54,752 bases of DNA from Alphaproteobacteria bacterium (GTDB lineage: Bacteria > Pseudomonadota > Alphaproteobacteria > SHVP01): contig JAYQVF010000003.1 in NCBI GenBank assembly GCA_038148335.1, forward strand, positions 1 through 54,752. The letters are read 5' to 3'. The notes beneath the pieces were generated by a model. It had not been told where the DNA came from. It was given only the letters and a program-made list of their open reading frames with translations, and made no database searches. The first letter of the stretch is position 1, and each line of letters begins with the position of its first letter. This document shows, one piece after another, positions 1 to 9,394 of this stretch. The translations under genes and the position numbers were made by a program.

Positions 1-1000
1 GCAACGACTTGACCAGGCTGTCGACCCCGGCCGCGGCGTTGGCGGCATCGTAGGGCCCCTCGCGGCGGCGCACTTCGAAGCCCGAGTGGTAGATGAGGAA
101 ATTGATATCCGGGAACAGCCGTGCCGCGCGCCCGACGTCAACGCAGGAGGCGTATTGCGCCTGCTGGCCGCCGAACGACAGGCCCTTGTGGATGGCGATC
201 GTCCTGATGCCGAGCTGGCGGGCCTTCTCGATGAAAGGAATTCCGATTTCGGGGTCGTCGAGCCACCAGCCGACGCCGTCGATCCCCCATTGGGTGTAGA
301 CCTTCCAGGCAGCGATGTCGTAGTCGGCCGCGGCCTGCTCCATGCGCTCGAGCTGGAGGGCGCGGTTCGGCAGGTTGGGCATCACCATGGCATGCAGCAG
401 CAGGCGGTGAGTGCCGTCGAGCTGCTCAACCAGGCGCGCGGCCCGTGCAGCCTCCTGCAGCGACAGCGGATTGGTTTCGGGCGGCGACGGCACGAAGCTC
501 ATCACGGCGAGATCGGTGTCGGAATCGAGGAACACTTCCTTGACGAACATGTCCGCGGAGAAACACTCCGCGGCATCGGCCTCGCCGCAGGCCCCATGCG
601 GAAAACTGCGCAGGGCATTGATGAAGCCGCGCCCGGCGTTACGCCGCCACGGTCCGTCGGGATCGACCATGTGGCATTGGACGTCGAAGATGAACTCATC
701 GCCGCCGAGCACCGCCTGCGCCACCTCCTGGTCGAGCGCCGCGGCGGCGGGCACGCGGTAGAAACCGTCCGCCGCGCCGCGGGCGGCGAAGGCCTGGTTC
801 AACGCCAGCAGCGACGTCGCGGCGCCGGCCAATGAAGACAGAAATGCGCGTCGGCTTTGGCCGGTGCGCCGCGCATTGTCGTCGAGCCGCCGGGCCGCCT
901 CGTGCTGGGCCGCGACGATGGCGCGCGACACCGGGACCGGCGCGTACTCGCCGTTCGACGTCGAGTCGATCTTGATCGGCAGCAGGGGGTGTCGGGTCAT
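1..1000 (-). CDS. amidohydrolase-family (TIM-barrel metal-dependent hydrolase) protein; C-terminus cut by window edge
   Basis: Not in the ORF track because it runs off the window. Manual minus-strand translation from the ATG at 998-1000 (GGAGG about 6 nt upstream) reads MTRHPLLPIKIDSTSNGEYAPVPVS...GQSRRAFLSSLAGAATSLLALNQAFA...EFIFDVQCHMVDP...RTIAIHKGL...NFLIYHSGFE. It stays open to position 1 and has GC-rich third positions. Plus-strand ORFs such as 86-835 are its antisense shadows. Confidence 0.75.
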   Translation of the reverse strand, partial: MTRHPLLPIKIDSTSNGEYAPVPVSRAIVAAQHEAARRLDDNARRTGQSRRAFLSSLAGAATSLLALNQAFAARGAADGFYRVPAAAALDQEVAQAVLGGDEFIFDVQCHMVDPDGPWRRNAGRGFINALRSFPHGACGEADAAECFSADMFVKEVFLDSDTDLAVMSFVPSPPETNPLSLQEAARAARLVEQLDGTHRLLLHAMVMPNLPNRALQLERMEQAAADYDIAAWKVYTQWGIDGVGWWLDDPEIGIPFIEKARQLGIRTIAIHKGLSFGGQQAQYASCVDVGRAARLFPDINFLIYHSGFEVRRREGPYDAANAAAGVDSLVKSL

Positions 1001-1105
1001 GCGAGCCTCCTCGCCATGTTTCACGGCCCGGGGCGAGCCGATCCGTTGCCGTCCCAGTCTATCACGGTGCCCTGCCGGCCCCGGGTCACAGGCGGATGAG
1101 GAAGA

Positions 1106-1960
1106 TCAGGCGGTTTCGAAAGCGACCAGCGTGCCGGTTGCGTGCGGCGGCAGCATATAGGGACCGGCGACGCCTTCGCGGGCCCTCGCCCCGAGGATTC
1201 GCCTTGCTGCGTCGAGGTCGGTGGCCTCCAGAACCAGGGCCATGGCCCCCACGTCGGGGAGGCCCTCCGCCTCAAGATCGGGATAGCGCCGGCGCAGGCC
1301 GGCGAGGGTCTGAAACACGATCGTCGGACCGTCGCTCAGGACCACGACCGCCCTATTCGTCTCCATCGTCCCCACCACGCCGCCGGTCGCCGCCGCCATG
1401 CGGGCCGCATCGGCGGACGGATCCGACGTGACGATCCCGATCTCCTTGAGACGATGCGCGGTATTGGCGTGGCCCTGCAGTTCCTTCCGCCAAACGGCCT
1501 CGGGCGTCAGGTGCTCGCAAACGAACAGCCGGACCGAAGCCGGAGCGACATCGGCCGGCCAGCGCGCAATGCGGAAGCGCGCCTCCACCTCGCCGCCGCC
1601 GGGCAGCGGCACCGGGCGACCGAAGGCGAACGGCCCCGTCGCGGCGATCCCGGCGTGCCGCAGTTCGTCGGCGGCTGCGGCCGCGTCGGCGGTCGCCAGG
1701 GCGAGGCGTTCGATCCCGTCGCCGCGTCGCGCGAGAAAGGCACGGCTGGGGGCATTGGCCTCGGTTTCGCGCAGCACGCCGAGCAATTCGATGTAGTCGT
1801 TCTGCAGGACCACGGTGTGGTTCGCGGCGCCGACGTGGGCGCTGTGCACGCCGCGCGGCGACACCGTGAAGCCGAGATCTGCCCACTGCGCCGCAGCTGC
1901 GGCGAGATCGCGCACCATGATCACCGCATGGTCGATGCCGCCGACGTGCGCGAGGGGCAT
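1106..1960 (-). CDS. VOC/glyoxalase-like domain protein
   Basis: ORF 1106-2044. Start moved to the internal ATG at 1958-1960 (MPLAHVGGIDHAVIMVRDL...) because the upstream gene stops at 1971. Two glyoxalase-like halves (IDHAVIMV..., LKEIGIVTSD...). Confidence 0.75.
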   Translation of the reverse strand: MPLAHVGGIDHAVIMVRDLAAAAAQWADLGFTVSPRGVHSAHVGAANHTVVLQNDYIELLGVLRETEANAPSRAFLARRGDGIERLALATADAAAAADELRHAGIAATGPFAFGRPVPLPGGGEVEARFRIARWPADVAPASVRLFVCEHLTPEAVWRKELQGHANTAHRLKEIGIVTSDPSADAARMAAATGGVVGTMETNRAVVVLSDGPTIVFQTLAGLRRRYPDLEAEGLPDVGAMALVLEATDLDAARRILGARAREGVAGPYMLPPHATGTLVAFETA

Positions 1961-1970
1961 CGCGGGCGCG

Positions 1971-2819
1971 TCAGGGAATGTCGGCGAGGAACGCGTCGAT
2001 CGCCGCCAGCGCCACCGGTTCGGTGAGCATCGGGCAGTGGCCACGGCCGGGCACGATCACGGTCCTGAGGTCGGGCTTGCGCCGCTGCATCTCGTCCAGC
2101 GTGTCCTGGTCGAGGATGTCCGAGACGGCGCCGCGCACCGCGAGCACCGGGACCGGCTTCATGCCATCGAAGAAGTGCCAATAGTCGGGCAGGCGTTTGC
2201 GTTCGCGGAAGACGCGGCCGTACATCGGGTCCATGTTGGCCTTCACCTTGCCGTCGCTGTCCTCGAAGTAGATCCGGTGGGCGCGCAGCAGCCATTCCTC
2301 CGGCGTGAAGTCGAACCCCTCTTCCGCCCTCTCCTTGATGGCAATTGCCGCCTCCTCGAACGAGTCGAAGACCATCGGCTTGCCCATGTTGTCGTGCAGG
2401 CGTTTGCGGCCGGCCAGGCCGATGACGGGACCGACGTCGTTCATCACGGCGCCGGAGAGGAGTTCGGGGCGGTGGCCGGCGATGTGCATGGTCACGATGC
2501 CACCGAGCGACGTGCCGACCGTGACGATCTTCGGCAGGCCGAGCATGCCGAGGAACTCGATCACGTCGTCGCGGTCGACGTTGTAGTGGTAGTGCTGCCA
2601 GTCCGGGTCGTAGCCCGAGCGACCGTGGCCCCGCCAGTCCATCGTCAGGACGCGGCGCGTCGCGGCGATGTGCGGCGCGAGGTCGTCGTAGACCCTGGAG
2701 TTGCCGCCGGTGCCGGACAGGCAAAGGACCGGAGTCTTGCCGGCGGGTCCATCGTAGTCGCGGTAATAGAGATCGAGGCCGTCGCGGGTGCGGAAGGTCT
2801 TTTCTACGTAACCCGGCAT
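1971..2819 (-). CDS. alpha/beta hydrolase with canonical Ser-Asp-His motifs
   Basis: 282 aa. Motifs: DWRGHGRS, nucleophile elbow G-T-S-L-G-G, and a late His in GRGHCPM. Lies immediately downstream of the TRAP genes on the same strand. Confidence 0.85.
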   Translation of the reverse strand: MPGYVEKTFRTRDGLDLYYRDYDGPAGKTPVLCLSGTGGNSRVYDDLAPHIAATRRVLTMDWRGHGRSGYDPDWQHYHYNVDRDDVIEFLGMLGLPKIVTVGTSLGGIVTMHIAGHRPELLSGAVMNDVGPVIGLAGRKRLHDNMGKPMVFDSFEEAAIAIKERAEEGFDFTPEEWLLRAHRIYFEDSDGKVKANMDPMYGRVFRERKRLPDYWHFFDGMKPVPVLAVRGAVSDILDQDTLDEMQRRKPDLRTVIVPGRGHCPMLTEPVALAAIDAFLADIP

Positions 2820-2835
2820 GTTTGGCCGTTCCTCT

Positions 2836-4143
2836 CTACAAATAGCCCCAGACTTCGGGCAGCCACAGGGCGATCGCCGGGAAGATCGTCACCAGCGCCA
2901 GGCGCACGAGATCGGCGGCGGCAAAGGGCGCAATGCCCCTGAAGATCGTGGTCAAGGGTATGTCCTTGGCCATGCCGTGCATGATGAAGACGTTCATCCC
3001 GATCGGCGGCGTGATCATGCCGATCTCCATGATGATGACGTTGACCACGCCCCACCAGATCGGATCGAAGCCGAGGCTAACGATCAGCGGGTAGACGAAA
3101 GGCAGCGTGATCACCATCGCGGCGATGGTGTCGAAGATGCTGCCCAGAAACAGGAACATCACGTACAGCAGCAGCAGGATCGCCCACTTCGACAGGCCCG
3201 ACGCCTCGATCGTGCCGACGATCGATTCCGGCAGGCCGGACAGCGTCATGAAAAAAGAGAAGATGTGCGCGCCGATGATGATCACGTAGATCATGCCGGT
3301 GGTCGCCGCCGCCTCGAGAAGCGTCTCGAAGAAGGTGCGCCAGTTGACCTTGCCGCGGAACACCGCGAAGAGGAAGGCGACGACGACGCCGACCGACGCG
3401 GACTCGGCTGGGGTCGTGATTCCGGAATAGAGGCCGCCCGACACGATCAGCGCGAGCGTAACGACGCCCCACGACTGACCCAATACGCGCAGGCGCTCCG
3501 ACCAAGGCGTCCTGGGGCCCGGCGGACCGGCCTCGGGGTTGAAGAAGACCAGGACGCGGATCGCCACGAAGTACACGAGCACGGACAACAGCCCGGGAAT
3601 CAGCGCCGCAGCAAACAGGGCGATGACGAACTGCTCGGTCAGGATGCCGTAGATGATCATGACGATCGACGGCGGGATCAGCATACCCAGCGTGCCGCCG
3701 GCGGCGATGCTGCCCGAGGAGAGCGTCACCGAGTAGCCGCGCTGCATCATCTCGGGCAGCGCGATGCGGGTCATCGTCGCGGTGGTCGCCACGGACGAGC
3801 CGCTGACCGAACCGAAGCCGCCGCAGGCGCCGACCGTCGCCAGGGCGAGACCGCCGCGCATATGGCCGAGAAACGCATAGGCAAGCCGGTATAAGTCCTG
3901 CGCAAGGCCGCTAAGATTCGCGAACGCCCCCATGAGAATGAAGGTGGCGACAACGGCGAGGCCTTCGCTCGAGACGACTTCGCGGCCCTCGGCGCCGAAC
4001 AGGCCGATCGCCGGACCGAAGCCGATGAGATAGCCAATGGTGACGAACCCGGTCAGCCCCATCGAGACGCCGATCGGGACATGCAGGGCAATCAGCAGAA
4101 ACAGGAGGGCGAGCCCCAGGACTCCAATGACGATGCCAGACAT
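2836..4143 (-). CDS. dctM: TRAP transporter large permease subunit
   Basis: 435 aa, highly hydrophobic polytopic protein of DctM type (MSGIVIGVLGLALLFLLIALHVPIG...). Standard P-Q-M gene order. Confidence 0.9.
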   Translation of the reverse strand: MSGIVIGVLGLALLFLLIALHVPIGVSMGLTGFVTIGYLIGFGPAIGLFGAEGREVVSSEGLAVVATFILMGAFANLSGLAQDLYRLAYAFLGHMRGGLALATVGACGGFGSVSGSSVATTATMTRIALPEMMQRGYSVTLSSGSIAAGGTLGMLIPPSIVMIIYGILTEQFVIALFAAALIPGLLSVLVYFVAIRVLVFFNPEAGPPGPRTPWSERLRVLGQSWGVVTLALIVSGGLYSGITTPAESASVGVVVAFLFAVFRGKVNWRTFFETLLEAAATTGMIYVIIIGAHIFSFFMTLSGLPESIVGTIEASGLSKWAILLLLYVMFLFLGSIFDTIAAMVITLPFVYPLIVSLGFDPIWWGVVNVIIMEIGMITPPIGMNVFIMHGMAKDIPLTTIFRGIAPFAAADLVRLALVTIFPAIALWLPEVWGYL

Positions 4144-4173
4144 CGATTTATTCGCTCTTTGTTGGAGGAGGCT

Positions 4174-4704
4174 CTAGTGCGCGCCTTCCGGCGGATCGAT
4201 ATCTTCGCGGAGCCGGAACGACAGGTAGGCCTTGTAGATCATCCAAGTCTGTACCGGGAGGCACAGGATCACCAGCGCCACGGCGATCCACCACCAGAAC
4301 GCCACCGGGATCTTCTGGACCGGCGTCACGCGATCATTCACCTGCAGGTCGACACCGAGAATGGTGAACTGCCAGGCGATGAACACGAAGAACACCAGCG
4401 TCAGGAGGCCGGCGAACAGTTCCAGACCGCGCCGCCAATTGGGCCCGAGCCCTGCGCCGAGGAAGCCGATGCTGACGTTGCGCCGGTAAAGAAGCACCGC
4501 CGGAAACACCGAGCAGATGATGATCGGAAAGGCGATGCGCCCCCAGTCGCCGAAACCGGGAATACTGGGCCAGATCATCCAGCGCATCACGGCATCGAAC
4601 ATGGTGAGGAACGACATCGCCACCAGGGCGACGAAACCTACAGAGGCGAGCAACCGGCACAACCGGTCGAACCACCTCTGCAGGTTTTCAAGCGCGGGTG
4701 TCAT
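4174..4704 (-). CDS. dctQ: TRAP transporter small permease subunit
   Basis: 176 aa with four hydrophobic segments. Located between the binding-protein and large-permease genes. Confidence 0.85.
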   Translation of the reverse strand: MTPALENLQRWFDRLCRLLASVGFVALVAMSFLTMFDAVMRWMIWPSIPGFGDWGRIAFPIIICSVFPAVLLYRRNVSIGFLGAGLGPNWRRGLELFAGLLTLVFFVFIAWQFTILGVDLQVNDRVTPVQKIPVAFWWWIAVALVILCLPVQTWMIYKAYLSFRLREDIDPPEGAH

Positions 4705-4726
4705 CCGCTAACTCCGGAAACCGGTC

Positions 4727-5758
4727 CTAGCTGGACGAGCCGCTCCGCATCTCCTTGAGCAGCTTGACCGCCGCGTCGAACGCCTTCCGGTTGCCCGGGG
4801 TCTGGTCCGCCCACTGCTCCCAGATCTTCTTGGCGTCTTCTTCGTAGCGGGCCATTTCGGCGTCGGAGAAGGTGATCATCGTGTGCTTGCCTTCATCCTT
4901 GATCTGCTTGCGCAGGTCGACACCGGCCTTGGCATAGGCCTCACCCGAGTCCTTGGCGATGTGGATGCCGCCGTTGTCCTGAAGCGCGGCCTGCTCTTCC
5001 GGCGTCAGGCTTTCCCAGGTCTTCTTGTTCATCAGCAGCAGGAAGCCAAGCGTTCCGACCGGCACGTCGACGGTGTGCGTGACCAGCGGGAAGGTCTTGA
5101 ACGTCTGCATGCCCGACCAGCCCTGGATCACGGCCGACATCGTGCCGCGATTGAGCTTTTCGTTCATTTCGGTCGAACCCGCCGCTTCCGGCACGGCGCC
5201 GATCGACTCGAGCCAGGTGGCCTGCGTCTGGCCGACGCTGCGCACCTTCTTGTTCTTCAGGTCTTCGAGCTTGGCGATCGGATCCTTCGAGAAGACCGAC
5301 GCCGGCTCGCCGGCGAAGAAGCCGACCAGATGCGTGTCCTCGAAGCCCGAGAACAGGCCCATTTCATAAAGCTTCCAGCCGACGACCGAGGCTTCTTCTG
5401 CGCTGCGGAAGAAGAACGGAAGTTCGACGATTTCCATCTCGGGGAACTGACCCGGCGTATTGGCGGGCAGCACCCAGGCGATGTCGGCGACGCCGGCCTT
5501 GACCAGGTCGTACTGCTGGAACGGGCTCTTGCCGAGCGTGCCGCCCCAGTAGGCCTTGATGTTGTCGTCGGAGCCGATCTTCTGCAGCGCGGCGTTGGCG
5601 CGCTCGATCCACGGCGCAATGACGAAGCGGCTGCCGAAGCCGCGTTCGGACACGAACGAACCGACCTTGATTTCCTTGGCCTGCGCGATCCCGGCGGCAC
5701 CCAGTGCAACGGTACCGGCCATGAGCGCAGCCAGACAGGTTTTGGCAATAGGACGCAT
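4727..5758 (-). CDS. dctP: TRAP transporter substrate-binding protein
   Basis: 343 aa. N-terminal signal peptide (...ALGAAGIAQA/KE) followed by DctP-type periplasmic binding-protein sequence. Confidence 0.88.
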   Translation of the reverse strand: MRPIAKTCLAALMAGTVALGAAGIAQAKEIKVGSFVSERGFGSRFVIAPWIERANAALQKIGSDDNIKAYWGGTLGKSPFQQYDLVKAGVADIAWVLPANTPGQFPEMEIVELPFFFRSAEEASVVGWKLYEMGLFSGFEDTHLVGFFAGEPASVFSKDPIAKLEDLKNKKVRSVGQTQATWLESIGAVPEAAGSTEMNEKLNRGTMSAVIQGWSGMQTFKTFPLVTHTVDVPVGTLGFLLLMNKKTWESLTPEEQAALQDNGGIHIAKDSGEAYAKAGVDLRKQIKDEGKHTMITFSDAEMARYEEDAKKIWEQWADQTPGNRKAFDAAVKLLKEMRSGSSS

Positions 5759-5889
5759 GTTAGACCCCTTTTGATTTCCTCCCAGACGAGCGCATATCCT
5801 AGGCGCTCAAGCCCATATGGCAACCTCGAACAGCCGGTTTTGCGCCGATTCCGGGGTTGCCGCTCGCCATGCAGACAGGGGTTGGGCCG

Positions 5890-7089
5890 CTATTCGATGG
5901 TTTCGGCGTAGCGGACGGCGTTGATCATCGAGGAATCCATCAACCAGGCCTTCATGCGGACGTCGTCCGCTGTGATCTGTTTCATCTCGTCCATGATGGC
6001 GCGGCGCTTGTCCGGATCGCGCTCGCGCATGCGGTGGTGGTTGGCGTCCGACATGCGGTGGACGTAGTCGGTGGCGATCGTCTTGCGCTGGCGGGTATAG
6101 CGGTCGAACACATCCATCCCGGCGCGGCCATGCCAGACGTCGTGGATCTTGCCGGTCAGGTTGATCGCGTCGTGCACGCCGCAGTTCAGGCCGAGGCCGC
6201 CGTTGGGCGTATTGAGGTGCGCCGCGTCGCCGGCGAGCAGGATACGGCCGACGTTGAACGTCTCGGTGACGCGCATGTGGGTGCGGTAGCTGCCGCGGGC
6301 CAGGATGTCGTAGCGCTCGGCGCGCGGCACGATGCGCTGGAAGTGGGCGTTGATGTTGTCGTCGGACAGCGCCTGCTCCGGCGTCTGATCGGGTTGCGGC
6401 GTGATCCCCGAACGCCAGCGATCGGGCACGCGCAGCAGCGAGAAGTTACCGTCGTCGGTCCACACGTAGCTGACGTTCGACAGGCCCTCGTAGTACTTTT
6501 CGAACGGGAAGTCGGTAATCGCGACCATCGTGAAGATGGGATAGGTCTTGCCGTCGAAGCCGAGATCGAGCACCTGGCGGATGGTGGAGCGCCCGCCGTC
6601 GGCGGCGATCGCAAAGCGCCCGGCGACGGTTTCTTCCTCGTCGCCGCGGCGGACCGTGAACGCGGCATGATCGTCGCCCTGGGCGACGCCGACGACCTCG
6701 GCGCCCCAGTGGATCTCGACGTTGTCGCGCTGCCCGAGCACGTCGACGAGATGGCGCACGACGTGGAACTGTTCGCACTGGACGCGGTAGGGGTGTCCGG
6801 TTTCGCCCTCGAGCACCCGTAGATCGAAGACCGCCCGTTCGCTGGTGTTCTGGAAGCGGTACTGCCAGGACGGGCATTTCGCGCCCTTGGCGAGAATGAC
6901 GTCGGTGACGCCCATCTCTTCGAGCATGTCGAGGGTCGCGGGATGCCAGGTCGAGGCGCGCAGATCGGTCGGGATCTCTTCCGATTTGTCGAAGACCACC
7001 GTCGGGATGCCCATGAGGGACAGCCGGTAGGCACAGATCAGGCCGATCGGGCCGCCGCCCGCAATGATGACGCGCTCGGGGATGCTCAT
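5890..7089 (-). CDS. FAD-dependent (group A, aromatic-hydroxylase-type) monooxygenase
   Basis: ORF 5890-7188. Start moved to the ATG at 7087-7089 (MSIPERVIIAGGGPIGL, dinucleotide-binding GxGxxG). Also has the ADGGRS and LAGDAAHLNTPNGGLGLN motifs typical of PheA/TfdB-like flavoprotein hydroxylases. Confidence 0.85.
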   Translation of the reverse strand: MSIPERVIIAGGGPIGLICAYRLSLMGIPTVVFDKSEEIPTDLRASTWHPATLDMLEEMGVTDVILAKGAKCPSWQYRFQNTSERAVFDLRVLEGETGHPYRVQCEQFHVVRHLVDVLGQRDNVEIHWGAEVVGVAQGDDHAAFTVRRGDEEETVAGRFAIAADGGRSTIRQVLDLGFDGKTYPIFTMVAITDFPFEKYYEGLSNVSYVWTDDGNFSLLRVPDRWRSGITPQPDQTPEQALSDDNINAHFQRIVPRAERYDILARGSYRTHMRVTETFNVGRILLAGDAAHLNTPNGGLGLNCGVHDAINLTGKIHDVWHGRAGMDVFDRYTRQRKTIATDYVHRMSDANHHRMRERDPDKRRAIMDEMKQITADDVRMKAWLMDSSMINAVRYAETIE

Positions 7090-7292
7090 GGGCCCCTCAT
7101 CCTTCTTGCCGAAACAAAGCCAACGCCCGCGCGGTTTTCCTAGCACCTTGCGCCGCCGCGCGCAGCCTCTCGGCGTCGGCATGCGCATCTGGCGATCGCC
7201 GCGGCTCCGGATACCCGCCGGCGGCCGCGCGCAACGGTGACCTCCGGCCGGCGAGGTTTCTTGTTATCGTGCCAGCGGAAGGAGAACGGGAC

Positions 7293-8294
7293 ATGGGCAA
7301 ACTGATCGCCGGCACCTGGACCGAGGAGGACCAGTTGCCGACATCGAAGGACGGCGCGTTCGAGCGGCCGGATTCGGTGCTGCGCAACTGGGTGACCGCG
7401 GACGGCGCCGCCGGTCCGAGCGGCGACGGCGGCTTTGCGGCGGCGGCGGGTCGCTATCACCTCTATGTCGCGATCAACTGTCCCTGGGCGCACCGCACGA
7501 TGATCATGCGCGTGTTGAAGAAGCTCGAAGACGCGATCTCGATGTCGGTGGTCAGGCCCAGCCGCGGCGGCGAGGGCTGGGCGTTCGATGCAGACGGCGG
7601 CTTTCCCGACCACCTGTTCGGCGCGACCTACTTGCACGAGATCTACACCCGCTCGCACCCCGACTACACGGGCCGGGTGACGGTGCCGGTGCTGTTCGAC
7701 AAGGAGCGCGGCGTCATCGTCAGCAACGAATCCTCCGAGATCATCCGGATGCTGAACGAGGCGTTCGACGCGTGGGCCGACACCGGCCACGACTATTATC
7801 CGCACGACTTGCGGCCCACGATCGACGGGTGGAACGAGAAGATCTACGCCAGGCTCAACAACGGGGTCTATCGCGCGGGCTTCGCCCGTTCGCAGGAAGC
7901 CTATGAACGGGCCTACGACGACGTCTTTGCGATGTTGGACGAAATGGACGCGCACCTGGCGGCGCACCGCTACCTCGCCGGCGGCACGCTGACGGAAGCC
8001 GACATCCGGGCGTTTCCGACGCTGGTGCGCTTCGACGTCGCCTACTACGGCGCCTTCAAGTGCAACAAGAAGATGATCCGCGACTATCCGCACCTGTCGG
8101 GCTACCTGCGCGAGCTGTACCAACTGCCCGGCGTTGCGGCGACGGTGAATACCGACATCTACAAGGCGGGCTATTACTCCATCAGCAAGGAGCGCAATCC
8201 CCTCGGCATCGTGCCCAAGGGGCCCCTGGTCGACTTCGACGCGCCGCACGGGCGCGAGCGTACGGATCAGCCTGACGGCGTTACGACCTCATAG
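7293..8294 (+). CDS. yqjG: Xi-class glutathione S-transferase / glutathionyl-hydroquinone reductase-like
   Basis: ORF 7269-8294; ATG at 7293 is preceded by GGAAGGAGA. Has the C-P-W-A-H-R active-site motif and the YqjG/PcpF-like length (about 333 aa). Confidence 0.85.
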   Translation: MGKLIAGTWTEEDQLPTSKDGAFERPDSVLRNWVTADGAAGPSGDGGFAAAAGRYHLYVAINCPWAHRTMIMRVLKKLEDAISMSVVRPSRGGEGWAFDADGGFPDHLFGATYLHEIYTRSHPDYTGRVTVPVLFDKERGVIVSNESSEIIRMLNEAFDAWADTGHDYYPHDLRPTIDGWNEKIYARLNNGVYRAGFARSQEAYERAYDDVFAMLDEMDAHLAAHRYLAGGTLTEADIRAFPTLVRFDVAYYGAFKCNKKMIRDYPHLSGYLRELYQLPGVAATVNTDIYKAGYYSISKERNPLGIVPKGPLVDFDAPHGRERTDQPDGVTTS

Positions 8295-9181
8295 AGTTCG
8301 CCGCCGGCGCCGCGCACGGTGATGGCGCTGCCGCCGCGATAGGGCCAGGCCGGGTCGCCGGCGTAGGCCGGACCGAGCGCATCCTGCGCGAGGCGGCCGT
8401 GGTCGGCGCGGGCCAGCGTCACCAAGGCGACGCCCGGCGGCAGTTCTCCGTCGCTGCAGGGACGCGGCGTCGCCGTGGGCTGCATGCCGTCGACCTGGAT
8501 CACGCTGCGACCGTCGAGCTGCACGGTCGACATCGGCAGCGGCTGCCCGGCGTCGACGAGGCCATAGCCTTCGCCCAAGAAATTCATGCCCCGCGTGCGA
8601 CTGGTCGTCCTGGCGAGGCCGAAGCGCGCGAGCAGATCGTCATGGGTGGCATCGAAGTCGGGAACGCCCAGCACCATGATGAAGATGCGGTCGATGTCGC
8701 TCTGCGGTTGCGGCAACTGATGCACGGGGCTCGCGCCCTTGGGCACGTTGGTCAGGTAAAGCGCCTCGCCGTCCGGTCCGACGACCTGCATCGCCTTGAT
8801 GTCGGGCGATGACTTCAGCGGATGCGGCTCGCCGATGATGGTGAATTCGCTGCCCTTCATGCGCTCGTGCATGGCGTCGGTGTCGCGCAGGAGAATCTCG
8901 ATCGCCGACCAGCCGTGGTGGGCGAGCGGGCGATAGTCCGGCGGCCGCGTCCCTTCGACGAGTCTGACCCATCCGGGCTCCCCGCTTTCGGGCCGCATCA
9001 ACTGCCAGCGGCGTCCCGTCATCGCCGGGGCACCCCACGAGGCGGCCAGCGCGTCGCCGACCGTTCCCGAGTCATCGGCGACATAGCCGACGGTCCGCGT
9101 GTAGCGGGCGATGGCGGCTTCGAGGTCGGCGACCGTCACCGTTGCCGCCAATACCGGACCCGCACCAAATCCCTGCACCAT
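8267..9181 (-). CDS. VOC/glyoxalase-fold protein (two-domain), function unknown
   Basis: ORF 8267-9226. Start moved to the ATG at 9179-9181 (MVQGFGAGPV...), with GGGAGG about 9 nt upstream. Its 3' end overlaps the convergent GST gene by 28 nt. Confidence 0.65.
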   Translation of the reverse strand: MVQGFGAGPVLAATVTVADLEAAIARYTRTVGYVADDSGTVGDALAASWGAPAMTGRRWQLMRPESGEPGWVRLVEGTRPPDYRPLAHHGWSAIEILLRDTDAMHERMKGSEFTIIGEPHPLKSSPDIKAMQVVGPDGEALYLTNVPKGASPVHQLPQPQSDIDRIFIMVLGVPDFDATHDDLLARFGLARTTSRTRGMNFLGEGYGLVDAGQPLPMSTVQLDGRSVIQVDGMQPTATPRPCSDGELPPGVALVTLARADHGRLAQDALGPAYAGDPAWPYRGGSAITVRGAGGELYEVVTPSG

Positions 9182-9239
9182 TACCTTCGCCTCCCGTCTA
9201 TCAGGACGCGCGCATAGTGCCTGCACCTCGGAGCGACCG

Positions 9240-9392
9240 CTAGCGCCGGATTTCGAAGGCGCCCTTCTCGCCGCTCAGAAGACCGGGGCCGGCCGGAATC
9301 TCGCCGATCGGCTGGCGCTCGCGCGGCGTGCCGCAGGCGGCGACGACCAGCAATGCGATGGCAAGAACGAATGGCAGCGGCTTGACCGACAC
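9240..9392 (-). CDS. small putative lipoprotein
   Basis: In frame with ORF 9240-9503. The GTG at 9390-9392 gives VSVKPLPFVLAIALLVVAAC/GTPRER... with a lipobox (VAAC). The longer ORF would overlap the porin gene. Confidence 0.4.
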   Translation of the reverse strand: MSVKPLPFVLAIALLVVAACGTPRERQPIGEIPAGPGLLSGEKGAFEIRR

Positions 9393-9394
9393 GA

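Noticed and set aside
86-835. 249-aa plus-strand ORF at the window start.
   Set aside because: It is antisense to the amidohydrolase reading frame, which is open to the window edge and reads as a sensible TIM-barrel hydrolase.
5788-5808. Inverted repeat GAGCGC-N9-GCGCTC between the monooxygenase stop and the dctP start, considered as a possible terminator or operator.
   Set aside because: The stem is only 6 bp with no T-run. Such a repeat is easily expected by chance in GC-rich DNA.
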